From positions 1 through 39,855 of the forward strand of contig JBOFNA010000045.1 of assembly GCA_051658665.1 (NCBI GenBank): a DNA stretch of 39,855 bases, written 5' to 3'. The DNA comes from Oscillospiraceae bacterium. Its GTDB lineage: Bacteria; Bacillota; Clostridia; Oscillospirales; Ruminococcaceae. Position numbers and translations under genes: made by a program. The notes beneath the pieces are model-generated. The model searched no databases. It saw only the letters and a list, made by a program, of their open reading frames with translations, and was not told the DNA's origin. Shown piece after piece: positions 27,109-36,135 of this stretch. Within the stretch, counting starts at the first letter, position 1. Each line of letters opens with the position of its first letter.

Positions 27109-27372
27109 TTAAAACTCTCTTTTTACTCTGCTAATTAGATCATCATTTAAATTGACTTCTATGCCTCTACAATAATTCCTTACGTGAATAATCTTATTGC
27201 CTACACTTTCAAAGTAACCTTTCGGCATTTTTAAAAGGTCTGATAAATTGATATACTCTTTTCTAAAATCTGCCCCTCCAAATATTGGTGTTTCAAAATA
27301 TATTCTAGTGTTTTCATCTATGTAATCAAAATCATCATATCCTAATTTTTTTAAAAAATCTTCAACTTTCAT
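27109..27372 (-). CDS. hypothetical protein
   Basis: 87 aa, SD AAAGGGG. Confidence 0.55.
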   Translation of the reverse strand: MKVEDFLKKLGYDDFDYIDENTRIYFETPIFGGADFRKEYINLSDLLKMPKGYFESVGNKIIHVRNYCRGIEVNLNDDLISRVKREF

Positions 27373-27393
27373 AATTCAAGCCCCTTTCTTTTT

Positions 27394-27717
27394 TTAGTAA
27401 GTTACTGTTCTAACTCCTAATACTGCTTCCAAATATTCACTGTACTCTAATCTTTCTAAAACCTTAAAGATTTTATTATACACACTCCTCGCATTAACAG
27501 TATTAAACGCTTTAAAACAGTTGTTTTTAAATTGTTTATCTTCTTTTAATAATTTTTTTACATCTTTAATATTAAGTACTTCTATACATTCAAACTCCCT
27601 TAATATTAGATTAGCTTCTGTTTTTTGCATTTGCTTATACAGTTTTAAATCTATGTCCTTCCAGTAATGATAGTAAGCATTACATTCTCCTAAATCAGTA
27701 CATATAATTTCTTGCAT
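27394..27717 (-). CDS. hypothetical protein
   Basis: 107 aa, SD AAAGGGGG. Confidence 0.55.
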   Translation of the reverse strand: MQEIICTDLGECNAYYHYWKDIDLKLYKQMQKTEANLILREFECIEVLNIKDVKKLLKEDKQFKNNCFKAFNTVNARSVYNKIFKVLERLEYSEYLEAVLGVRTVTY

Positions 27718-27734
27718 AATTTAAAAACCCCCTT

Positions 27735-28580
27735 TTAAAATAATTTTTGCTGTATGTTTTGGTAATCAACACCTAATACATCATAACTTTCTTTAAAATA
27801 TTTTATAATAAATTTTCTTTGCGTATCATTTTTTAGTAACATAAGATTTAATTCTATTTGGTTCTTTGGAGCATATGGACAACCACAACAACCAGTTCTT
27901 GTAACATAGCTGTATACACTCGGTATAGGTATGCTATATTTATCATAAATATTTTTTAATAAATTATCGCTTAAGTCGTAAATAGGTGTGAATGTACCAT
28001 TTTTACTGAAACAACTTTTATATGCTTTCTTCCTGGTTAGGCTCTCGCCTGATCTAACACCTAGGATAGCTTTGCGATTAGTTTTTTTCTCATATGTTTT
28101 AAGAGGTTCTTTTTTAAAGAATGCACAACATTTTTCACTAACTTTATGCAGTTTACCACTTAAAGTTAATTCACTTGCTTTTTTATTAAGATTATACCAT
28201 GACTTACTATCTCTATTTATGAACGGCAATACACTTTTTCCTCTAGCTCCATTTTGGTAATAATATATTTTTTGGTCTTGATTTTTACTGAAACAAGGAA
28301 TCCCATATTTTTCTTTTACTTCCATGGGCTTCAACTTAGGATATACTACAACATCACTATAAGTTAATATCCTATCTCTTATTTCGGGGTGTTCCAAAAA
28401 AGTGTTTGCCCCTACAATTTCAATATCGTACCTCTTTAAATAACTTCTGATAAACCACCTCAGAAAATGACTATCTTTACCACCACTATAACTTAAATAA
28501 TATTTGTTAATTGGTAATTTATCAAATCTGCTTTTTAAATCAATAAGATATAATTCAACATCAAAGAAATCATTGTCCAT
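27735..28580 (-). CDS. PAPS-reductase-like PP-loop ATP pyrophosphatase family protein
   Basis: PP-loop SYSGGKDS near the N-terminus and a C-terminal Cys cluster TRTGCCGCPY. Size is 281 aa. Confidence 0.75.
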   Translation of the reverse strand: MDNDFFDVELYLIDLKSRFDKLPINKYYLSYSGGKDSHFLRWFIRSYLKRYDIEIVGANTFLEHPEIRDRILTYSDVVVYPKLKPMEVKEKYGIPCFSKNQDQKIYYYQNGARGKSVLPFINRDSKSWYNLNKKASELTLSGKLHKVSEKCCAFFKKEPLKTYEKKTNRKAILGVRSGESLTRKKAYKSCFSKNGTFTPIYDLSDNLLKNIYDKYSIPIPSVYSYVTRTGCCGCPYAPKNQIELNLMLLKNDTQRKFIIKYFKESYDVLGVDYQNIQQKLF

Positions 28581-29033
28581 CTAAAATGGTAACTCATCAT
28601 CTAATACATCTAGCCCTGCTAATATGTTTGAATCGCTACTAACTACATTCGGCATAGCATAACTTTTGCTATTTTGAATACTGTTAGGTGTTGTATTGCT
28701 AATAGCGTTAGGTACTGCGTTTTGATCGCCTTTGAACTCTAGGTATCCTATGTTGGTGCATATAATTTCTGTTTTATAAACTTTATTATTGTTGTTATCC
28801 ATATAATTTGAGGTCTGTATTCTACCCTCAACGCTAATTAAAGAGCCTTTGTTGCAATACAACGCTAAGTTCTCTGCTTGCTTTTCCCATACTTGACAAT
28901 TGATAAAGTCGGCTTCACCTTTTTTAAATTGATTATTAATTGCCAATATAAAATTAGCCACACTTTTACCAGTATTAGTTTTTTTGATTTCAACATCTTT
29001 AGTCAGTCGACCAACTCCACAAAAATTATTCAT
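28581..29033 (-). CDS. ssb: single-stranded DNA-binding protein
   Basis: OB-fold N-terminus MNNFCGVGRLTKDVEIKKT..G..VANF.LA and an acidic C-terminal tail DDELPF. Confidence 0.9.
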   Translation of the reverse strand: MNNFCGVGRLTKDVEIKKTNTGKSVANFILAINNQFKKGEADFINCQVWEKQAENLALYCNKGSLISVEGRIQTSNYMDNNNNKVYKTEIICTNIGYLEFKGDQNAVPNAISNTTPNSIQNSKSYAMPNVVSSDSNILAGLDVLDDELPF

Positions 29034-29334
29034 CTTCATCAACTCCTTTTATTTTGTAAACTATAATTATATTTTGTTCATCATCTTGATATATTTCTGT
29101 TGCTATGAAGTTTGAAAGGTCAATTGGCTCTTCGCCCGCTATAAACTTATAGTATGAATGCGGTGCTTCATTGTTTATAAATATACCATTTATGAGTTCG
29201 GCAGCACTTATAACTTCATCGTTTCTTCTAAAGAAGTATGTACAACTTTCAATATCTAGCAATTTTATTAAAGAGGGTAGATTAACCTCTTCAATATTGC
29301 TGCTTATAAAACCTAATTTATTTTTGATGTTCAT
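29026..29334 (-). CDS. hypothetical protein
   Basis: ATG 29334 follows SD GAGGAGG. Confidence 0.5.
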   Translation of the reverse strand: MNIKNKLGFISSNIEEVNLPSLIKLLDIESCTYFFRRNDEVISAAELINGIFINNEAPHSYYKFIAGEEPIDLSNFIATEIYQDDEQNIIIVYKIKGVDEDE

Positions 29335-29593
29335 TATTTTCCTCCTCACTATCTGTTTCAATTTGCTTTATTAATTCTCGGATAACCTCGTTTTTAAGAT
29401 GATTGATAGCAGTGCCTGTGCAGTCCCAAGGTTCTAAGTCATATAACTCACTGTCAAGAGACGCCATAATTTTGTTATCAATAATTTCAATTTTAATATT
29501 ATCAAGTGTAAACTTGAAACCCTCTTCCTTATGTATTTCAACTAAAAGATTATAATTTTCAAATCTTTTGTATTCCTCTAATGTTAATCTCAT
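29318..29593 (-). CDS. hypothetical acidic protein
   Basis: 91 aa, SD AAGGGAG. Confidence 0.5.
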   Translation of the reverse strand: MRLTLEEYKRFENYNLLVEIHKEEGFKFTLDNIKIEIIDNKIMASLDSELYDLEPWDCTGTAINHLKNEVIRELIKQIETDSEEENNEHQK

Positions 29594-29820
29594 CTTTTAT
29601 TACTCCCTTTCTTAAATAAATATTTAGCTAACAATTTCCTTAAAAGAAAATTGTTTAATTCTCTTACGCAAGCACATATATCTTGAATAACGTAAGCTAC
29701 TGCAAAAAATGGAAGGCACGATAGCTCTATAATCTTTATCGGAAAATTGATTATTTTAAATATGTATACGATCGCCTTTACTTTTGCAACATCTTTTTTA
29801 TCTATTACTTTTATATTCAT
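29590..29820 (-). CDS. small hydrophobic protein
   Basis: ATG 29820 follows SD AAAGGAG. The product contains a hydrophobic stretch. Confidence 0.45.
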   Translation of the reverse strand: MNIKVIDKKDVAKVKAIVYIFKIINFPIKIIELSCLPFFAVAYVIQDICACVRELNNFLLRKLLAKYLFKKGSNKR

Positions 29821-29842
29821 ATTAATACTCCTTTGTTTAATT

Positions 29843-30037
29843 TTAATTACCTGTATCAAAAAGTCTTACGTTGTTGATGTAAAGGTATATTTGTTCAATT
29901 GCCTCTTCAGAATTAATATACTCCTCTTGTTTTTCTTTGCTCCATTTTTTAAAATCGTTTGGCACTTCAATTTCTGTTTCAAGTTCAGTCCAATGGTTAT
30001 TAGAGCTTATTTGTATATACGCATTAACGTTTATCAT
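29843..30037 (-). CDS. hypothetical protein
   Basis: 64 aa. Its translation initiation region is identical to that of the next gene (21-bp repeat). Confidence 0.5.
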   Translation of the reverse strand: MINVNAYIQISSNNHWTELETEIEVPNDFKKWSKEKQEEYINSEEAIEQIYLYINNVRLFDTGN

Positions 30038-30153
30038 ATTAATACTCCTTTGTTTTTTTGTTTGTTGATTTCAATATTTATTTCTAAGACAACCAAATTA
30101 TACTATAACTGGACATTACCTTTGTGTCTATTTAAAGTTTATTGTTGGTGGTG

Positions 30154-30576
30154 TTATTTTAACAATTCCTTTTGTTCTTCAGTCAATTCTTCCCATTCGC
30201 AAAATTTCATTTCCACGCCTTGCCATTCCTTATTGATGCAATGGCTGTGTATTATACTAGGGATATGCTTGTTGTTATCATTTTCTATAAGCCCTACACC
30301 TGTTTTGTTTCTAACACTCATTGGTTGTAAAGTGTCTAAGATATTCTTTAATAACAGATTATCAACATCAAAACCATTTCTAACACTATGCCATTTCGCT
30401 ATGCAAACACAAGGCGTAGGTATATCCTGAACCTTTTGTTCCATGATTTGTCTTGCTATTTCTTTTTGAATCTTCTTTTTTTGACTAGCACCAACCGCCC
30501 AACCACTGCGATTAGCAGAAGTTAGTTGGTTTAGGTTGAAATGCTTTAATTCTAATTTTATTTTAAAAGTTATCAT
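30154..30576 (-). CDS. rusA: RusA-like Holliday junction resolvase
   Basis: FDVDNLLLKNILDTL and GLIENDN match the RusA acidic catalytic motifs (D.DN..K...D.L ... DD). Size is 140 aa, downstream of RecT. Confidence 0.6.
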   Translation of the reverse strand: MITFKIKLELKHFNLNQLTSANRSGWAVGASQKKKIQKEIARQIMEQKVQDIPTPCVCIAKWHSVRNGFDVDNLLLKNILDTLQPMSVRNKTGVGLIENDNNKHIPSIIHSHCINKEWQGVEMKFCEWEELTEEQKELLK

Positions 30577-30579
30577 AAA

Positions 30580-30798
30580 TTACAGGTTCTCGATTTCTTT
30601 TATTATTTTTTTTATTTTTTCCGCAATATTGTCAAGTTGGGTGTTGCTATAACTTTTCAAAATACTAACAACATCATCTAGATCATCTACCGCATAGTCT
30701 AGTGAAAAATTTATAAACTCTTCCAAACTAATTGTTTGGGCGTTTTCAGTTAATGCTATTTGTTCGTTGTCGTATTGGTCAAATGTTTTAGCATCCAT
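30580..30798 (-). CDS. small acidic hypothetical protein
   Basis: 72 aa. Its start is coupled to the RecT stop (TAATG). Confidence 0.5.
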   Translation of the reverse strand: MDAKTFDQYDNEQIALTENAQTISLEEFINFSLDYAVDDLDDVVSILKSYSNTQLDNIAEKIKKIIKEIENL

Positions 30799-31712
30799 TA
30801 CATCGGCATTTCATCAACTACTTGTTGAGTTATTTCTCCTGTTTCTTGGTCTACCACTTGGTTTGTTTTAACTTCTTCTTGTACTTGAACTGCTTCTTCT
30901 AGTATACTTTGAGTAATATCGTTGTCGATATATTCTTTTTTATTCTCTTGCACATCAATTACTGCTTGGTCGTTTTCATATGCTTGTTGCATTTCAATAC
31001 TTAGAATACCATATTTACTAAGTATTTGTCTTAGCATAGTCTTTTGTGCCATAGAGTCAAAATCTTTATACCAAAATGAACTTAACTTCCATAAGTCTTT
31101 TTGAGGATATGTCCCCTCATTTTTTTTCTTATAGTTGTCAACGTTGAACGCCATAGAGAATGTGTCGGCGTGCTTTAACATCTTAGTCTTAGTCCAATAC
31201 ATAGTCTTTTTAAAACCATTTATTGTTTCGATATAAGCTAAGTATCCGACCACTTCTCCACTCTCTTCTAAATCATCACTAAGCACGATTTCTTCTTCAA
31301 CCATATTCCAACTAATAAATTGGTTAGCATAAATAGGTACTGCATTGATTTTTTTATACTGCCCACTTCTAATTGCAAGTTGCACATAACCTTTCCAACC
31401 AATTTGAAACTGGGCATCTTTATTTCCAGTTTTATTATTTTTGAATGGGACAACATATGCGTGTCCAAAACTAGAATTTAAAGATAAATCTAACGATGTC
31501 GCAATGATAGCTGCACTCATTAAGCTTTTATTAGTACATTCAGCTAGTGCTGGATTGGCGTTTACTAATGCTACCATATTCGTTACAAATTTTTCTTTTC
31601 TTGATCCTAGCACTTGTTGTAGGTATCCCTCAACTGCTGGAGCTTTAAGGTAAGATGTTATCCCACCTTGTTGTACTTGGTTATTATTTTTTACTAATGA
31701 ATTATTTGCCAT
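30798..31712 (-). CDS. recT: RecT-family single-strand annealing recombinase
   Basis: SAAIIATSLDLSLNSSFGHAYVVPF...FQIGWKGYVQLAIRSGQYKKI is typical of RecT. Confidence 0.85.
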   Translation of the reverse strand: MANNSLVKNNNQVQQGGITSYLKAPAVEGYLQQVLGSRKEKFVTNMVALVNANPALAECTNKSLMSAAIIATSLDLSLNSSFGHAYVVPFKNNKTGNKDAQFQIGWKGYVQLAIRSGQYKKINAVPIYANQFISWNMVEEEIVLSDDLEESGEVVGYLAYIETINGFKKTMYWTKTKMLKHADTFSMAFNVDNYKKKNEGTYPQKDLWKLSSFWYKDFDSMAQKTMLRQILSKYGILSIEMQQAYENDQAVIDVQENKKEYIDNDITQSILEEAVQVQEEVKTNQVVDQETGEITQQVVDEMPM

Positions 31713-31714
31713 TG

Positions 31715-32899
31715 TTATTGGTCTCCTTTAAAATTGTATAATACTTTACCAATCTTTATATCAGTAATTGTTTCTCCAACTACTGCTAGTATTTCTTCAA
31801 TGTTTCTATAAGCATCAGGGTGTTCATCTAAAGTGTTATTGTTAATTGTTTTAGAGTAAACATTAGCCATTTGCCTTTTCATATCTTCAAGCGTTAAGTC
31901 TTCTTTTGCTTTTCTTCTTGACTTAACTCTACCTGCACCGTGTGGACAACCACACAACCAGTCTTCGTTTCCTTTACCAACACCTAAAATGACACCGTCC
32001 CTCATATTTATAGGGATGATAACCTCTTTGCCTTTTTTGGCGTTTATAGCACCTTTATAAATAGTGTTAGTAGCTTTATCAAAGTAATTATGAGGTACGC
32101 TTAACACATACGATAAGTCGTTTTCATCTATACCTAAACCATTTACTATATCCACCAACATTTCCTCTCTATTAAGCTTTGCATAAATTAAGGCAATGTC
32201 CATATCGTACAAATAATTTTCTAGGTTTTTTCCTTTTAAGTAATCTTGTTTAATTATAAAATTTTCTTTTTTTATTACTTTAAGCTTTTCTTCCCGTTCT
32301 TCTTTTGGATATTTTGCTTTGATTTCATCAATAGCTTTCTTCATTCCTTTTTCATCAAAGTAACTAGACAAAAATGTCTTGGTGTAATAATCGCATATGG
32401 TAGCACCTAAGTTTCTACTACCACTATGAACAACTAATAAATAAAAGTCGTCAAATTCATTTAATTCAATGAAGTGATTGCCTCCACCTAAAGTCCCTAA
32501 AGAGTGTTGCCAACGATCAATCATCTTGCTTGTTGTCGGCATTTTCAATCCTTTTAAAATATGCTTATATTCTCTACCTGAATAAGTTAATGTTTTTCTT
32601 ACTTGATTTCCAGTAGGTATACTCTTTGATATAACATCGTGCAATTTGTCTAAATCGATTTGCCAACTTTTATCAATTTTAAACGCGCTCATACCGCAAC
32701 CAATATCAACTCCGACCATTTCAGGTATAATTCTATTAGGTTTTAATTTACCAACAAATCCAATTGGCACACTTTTTCCTATATGTGTATCAGGCATTAA
32801 ATGTGCAGTGTCGCATATAGACAACACTTCTTCAGTAATACTATCTACTACATTTTTTTCACAGTTAATAGTGTGGGTTACTACTTCTTTTCTTTCCAA
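31715..32899 (-). CDS. rtcB: RtcB-family 3'-phosphate/5'-OH RNA ligase
   Basis: MPDTHIG, GVDIGCGM, GGGNHFIEL, HSGSRNLG and PHGAGR motifs appear in the canonical order. TTG start immediately follows the upstream stop. Confidence 0.85.
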   Translation of the reverse strand: MERKEVVTHTINCEKNVVDSITEEVLSICDTAHLMPDTHIGKSVPIGFVGKLKPNRIIPEMVGVDIGCGMSAFKIDKSWQIDLDKLHDVISKSIPTGNQVRKTLTYSGREYKHILKGLKMPTTSKMIDRWQHSLGTLGGGNHFIELNEFDDFYLLVVHSGSRNLGATICDYYTKTFLSSYFDEKGMKKAIDEIKAKYPKEEREEKLKVIKKENFIIKQDYLKGKNLENYLYDMDIALIYAKLNREEMLVDIVNGLGIDENDLSYVLSVPHNYFDKATNTIYKGAINAKKGKEVIIPINMRDGVILGVGKGNEDWLCGCPHGAGRVKSRRKAKEDLTLEDMKRQMANVYSKTINNNTLDEHPDAYRNIEEILAVVGETITDIKIGKVLYNFKGDQ

Positions 32900-33925
32900 T
32901 TACACCTCAACTCCATTCTTAATTCTTTTTGTTACTTCTTTTTTTAATCCACTGCTTTTAATATATTCATTTAAATCCAAAACCTGTGAAAAAGTACCTT
33001 CAATGTTGAAATGTATTTCCCAAACATCGTTGTTAGTAGCAGGGTTTGTATCAGATTGTGTTTGCATTCTTTGCTCTTCTTGCTTAATGTGATTATATCC
33101 TAGAGTACCAAACGTTTGTTGTACTGCTTCAAGTGTTCCATTATCAACTTTTTTTAGTGCGTTTTCTTCTGCTTGAATTCTTAAAATTTCAATTGTTTCT
33201 AATTGTTTTGTTACTTCTTCTTCCACTAAAGGTATCAACTCACTAAACGTTTTTCCTTGTTCGTACAAATAAATAAACATTTCATCACTAATATTAAACA
33301 TTGGGTTGGTTGCATTCTTGCTTGCCACTAGGTTTTTAATGCCCTGAATGTCATTGTTAAAGACATCTTGTTGCACCTTTAAACTTTCGATTTGCGCAAC
33401 CACTAAATCTTTGATTGTTTTAGTAAGTTGCCCGGTTGCAGTGAATGAACCTTTATTGTAATATTTTTCTTCATACACAAATAACTTAATATATTTTTCT
33501 TCTAAACTATCAAACATTGGCTTGATCAAATTGTAGAACTTTGTCTTGCGTTCTTTTAATTCTTCTTGTGCATATACACTTGTTTGTTCAGTTATTTTTT
33601 CTACTATTGGTTTAATCAAATTAATGATTTCTTTGAACTGGTTTTCCATTTCTTTAATAGGTGTTTCCATTTCTTTTTTTATTACTTTGCGTTGGTCATC
33701 AAACGTTTTGATTAACCCTTTTAATTTTTTTTCATCTTCTAATGCAGTTGGTAGATTAATCTCATCAACTACATAATCTTGATACTTTGATATTGATTGT
33801 TCAATGTATTTTTTTACATCTTCAATATTAGTAACTACTTCGGCTTGTTTAATAGGTTGAACTACTAAGTCCACGCTTTCAACCTCTTCAACTATAGTAG
33901 CTTGTACATCTATAATATCTTGCAT
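32900..33925 (-). CDS. coiled-coil recombination-module protein (DUF1351-like)
   Basis: 341 aa, highly charged and helical. It sits between the exonuclease and RecT, as DUF1351 proteins do in Gram-positive phages. Confidence 0.45.
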   Translation of the reverse strand: MQDIIDVQATIVEEVESVDLVVQPIKQAEVVTNIEDVKKYIEQSISKYQDYVVDEINLPTALEDEKKLKGLIKTFDDQRKVIKKEMETPIKEMENQFKEIINLIKPIVEKITEQTSVYAQEELKERKTKFYNLIKPMFDSLEEKYIKLFVYEEKYYNKGSFTATGQLTKTIKDLVVAQIESLKVQQDVFNNDIQGIKNLVASKNATNPMFNISDEMFIYLYEQGKTFSELIPLVEEEVTKQLETIEILRIQAEENALKKVDNGTLEAVQQTFGTLGYNHIKQEEQRMQTQSDTNPATNNDVWEIHFNIEGTFSQVLDLNEYIKSSGLKKEVTKRIKNGVEV

Positions 33926-33937
33926 ATTAATTCTCCT

Positions 33938-34567
33938 TTATATTTCTATTTTCATATCAATTTTAGGTGGTTCTACATCATTTTGAACCAAATCCCAAAA
34001 CTTTTTTTCTTCTTCTACCAATAAATCTATGCTTTCTTGGTGTTCACTTCTTTCAAAGTGATAAATCTTTAACTCTTGCCTTTCACTCCAACTAAAGCCT
34101 ATCCACACATACAATACATAGAAATCCAGTTGTAACGTTTCCATATAATGCAAAACTTGGCAATAATAAGTGTTTGGCACTTGGTCTTTCCAATCATCAA
34201 GCATTACCTTATTTTGAATAGTGGTAGTTTTTATTTCTAGTCCACCTTTTCTTGATGTTCCTACTTCTTCAAGTATTCCATCCACTTCGGCGTGCATAAA
34301 CTCATTTTTAGGGTGTTTATAACGCTCTTTAGACACTTTAACAATATACTTGTCTTTATGTGTCTCTTTGAACAAATCAACCAGTATAGGCTCTAAAGCA
34401 ACGCCTAAATCAACAGCTCTATTTGAAACATCATCAGGTTTAATCTTGTGTTTCTTTTCAAGCCATAAATCGTGAACTGTTTTATACTTATTCACTTTCA
34501 TTATCACACCAGCATCACTACCACCAATGCCTTTAGCACGTTGATTATGCCAATCTTTAGTCTTCAT
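33938..34567 (-). CDS. YqaJ-like (lambda Exo-type PD-(D/E)XK) recombination exonuclease
   Basis: KGIGGSDAGVIM...TVHDLWLEKK and GGLEIKTT motifs. Confidence 0.8.
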   Translation of the reverse strand: MKTKDWHNQRAKGIGGSDAGVIMKVNKYKTVHDLWLEKKHKIKPDDVSNRAVDLGVALEPILVDLFKETHKDKYIVKVSKERYKHPKNEFMHAEVDGILEEVGTSRKGGLEIKTTTIQNKVMLDDWKDQVPNTYYCQVLHYMETLQLDFYVLYVWIGFSWSERQELKIYHFERSEHQESIDLLVEEEKKFWDLVQNDVEPPKIDMKIEI

Positions 34568-34715
34568 CTATACGTATTCCAACACAATCAAGTTTGTACG
34601 TGATTCCAACTATATTAATTATTTGCTGAGACATTCTTTGTAAATCAAAATCTTGATCAACTTTGATAATTATTTCAATTTTAACTTGTTTTTTTTCTTT
34701 TTTCTTTTTTTTCAT
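34557..34715 (-). CDS. 52-aa Lys-rich small protein; not in the ORF track
   Basis: Hand translation: MKKKKKEKKQVKIEIIIKVDQDFDLQRMSQQIINIVGITYKLDCVGIRIDED. SD is GGAG. The 3' end overlaps the exonuclease start by 11 nt. Confidence 0.45.
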   Translation of the reverse strand: MKKKKKEKKQVKIEIIIKVDQDFDLQRMSQQIINIVGITYKLDCVGIRIDED

Positions 34716-34717
34716 TA

Positions 34718-35020
34718 TTAATCTCCTTTCTTAGGGTTTTTTCTCATTAAAAAGGCTTGGTAATTGATTGTGATTGCAAATATCGCGCTATAAATCACAA
34801 CTAATTCATCTGTGTTTATTAGATTAAACCAAAAATAACCAAAGAAAATACAAGACAACAATACCAAATCTAAAATATTTTTTTTGATAAAATTAAAGTA
34901 ATAATATCCAAAAAACACAAAAGAAAATATCAATGATTTATTTTTTTTGTTCAGACTATACAAGGTTAGCAAAACATTTACGATCAAATTGCTAAATAAA
35001 AGCAAGTAAATTATTTTCAT
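34718..35020 (-). CDS. multi-pass membrane protein (possible superinfection exclusion)
   Basis: Three to four hydrophobic helices. ATG 35020 follows SD AAGGAGGGG. Confidence 0.55.
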   Translation of the reverse strand: MKIIYLLLFSNLIVNVLLTLYSLNKKNKSLIFSFVFFGYYYFNFIKKNILDLVLLSCIFFGYFWFNLINTDELVVIYSAIFAITINYQAFLMRKNPKKGD

Positions 35021-35033
35021 TTCTTTCCCCTCC

Positions 35034-35387
35034 TTATTTTTTTTCTGAAAATTCGGTATCAAATTTCATGCAATTAGCGGGTGCGATATACTCTTCATCT
35101 AAAGCCTTTTTAAAATAGTTTCCAAATCGCATTGGTAGCCCTAGCCTTGCCGGCTTGTATCGTTCAATTTCGTAAGTTTCATAGATTTCCAATATATCCA
35201 TTTTTATTTTATTGCGTTGAAATAAGTTCAAAGATATTTGATGAGCTCGCTCGATAACATCAATTAATATTTCGGTAAATCCTTCTTTTCTCTGGTCTTT
35301 TCCCCATAAAATTATATTGTTCCATTTTGAGGCTTTATTTTCTGCGCCATTACTTATTTCTGTTGCGTATTTTATATATTCATTCAT
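35034..35387 (-). CDS. hypothetical protein
   Basis: 117 aa, SD GAGGAAA. Confidence 0.55.
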   Translation of the reverse strand: MNEYIKYATEISNGAENKASKWNNIILWGKDQRKEGFTEILIDVIERAHQISLNLFQRNKIKMDILEIYETYEIERYKPARLGLPMRFGNYFKKALDEEYIAPANCMKFDTEFSEKK

Positions 35388-35402
35388 TTTTTTCCTCGAT
35401 TA

Positions 35403-35735
35403 TCATAGGTATGCACCGCTTAAATACGTTAAAAAATCGGTTCTCAATTCTTCGATCTTTAATTCTAACTCTTTAATCTCATTTTTATAAAGTGTTATTA
35501 TTGCTTCTTTTTCTTTACCATGTGTGCAGGGTGTGCGAGTTATTATATCCTCACAACTCATAGTACTATATTCAATATATATTCTTGCATTTTCATAACG
35601 TTCTAACGTGTTGATAATATCTTTCAATTCTTCTGTTTGCTTAAGTGTTTCATTACAGTTATTGATAAATGTTTCAAAAAATTTCATTAATTCACACTCC
35701 CAAACTCTGATAGTAATTTCATCATTTTCTGCCAT
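35403..35735 (-). CDS. hypothetical protein
   Basis: 110 aa. There is no SD adjacent to the ATG. The nearest AAAGG is about 30 nt upstream, across a hairpin. Confidence 0.5.
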   Translation of the reverse strand: MAENDEITIRVWECELMKFFETFINNCNETLKQTEELKDIINTLERYENARIYIEYSTMSCEDIITRTPCTHGKEKEAIITLYKNEIKELELKIEELRTDFLTYLSGAYL

Positions 35736-35747
35736 TTTTTGCTAGTT

Positions 35748-35780
35748 GGTAAGACTGCTAAATCTACCTTTACTTTTTTT
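35748..35780. other. leader hairpin module f
   Basis: GGTA(A)GA-CTGCTAAA-TCTACC (35748-35768) followed on + by TTTACTTTTTTT. Confidence 0.6.
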
Positions 35781-35802
35781 ATATTTCCTAAATTATTTTT
35801 TT

Positions 35803-36135
35803 TCATTTTCTATTCTCCTTTTTTGGTATGTTTGACACTATTCTAGCATAAAAATCACTATCTTTAGCGCCTTTTTCTTTTTTTAATTTCTTGTTCTCTT
35901 CTTCTAAAATAACATTTTTTTCTATTAAAATATTATTTTCTAATGAGAGTTGTGTTATTTCTTTTTTTAATTCTGGATAAATACTTTTAAATTTCTCTAG
36001 TCGTTCCAATTCTTTAACTTTTTCTTTTTCCTTGATCAACTCTTGATTGGCTACCGCTGCAATTCTTTTAAAGTGCTTTGCTTCATTCTGAAGCTTTTCA
36101 TAATTTATTCTTTTTACAATCATTTTACAGTACAT
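35803..36135 (-). CDS. coiled-coil hypothetical protein (start uncertain: 36135 or 36123)
   Basis: Charged heptad-like sequence. The two ATGs at the ORF-track start have no SD. Confidence 0.45.
   Translation of the reverse strand: MYCKMIVKRINYEKLQNEAKHFKRIAAVANQELIKEKEKVKELERLEKFKSIYPELKKEITQLSLENNILIEKNVILEEENKKLKKEKGAKDSDFYARIVSNIPKKENRK

Noticed and set aside
29747-30430. 227-aa + strand ORF in the ORF track, along with similar antisense ORFs such as 32646-33092, 27988-28260, 13157-13597, 14000-14350 and 5248-5589.
   Set aside because: These ORFs have F/L/I/C/S-rich low-complexity composition, typical of the antisense frame of AT-rich genes. They have no SD. They fully overlap well-supported genes with recognisable domains on the other strand.
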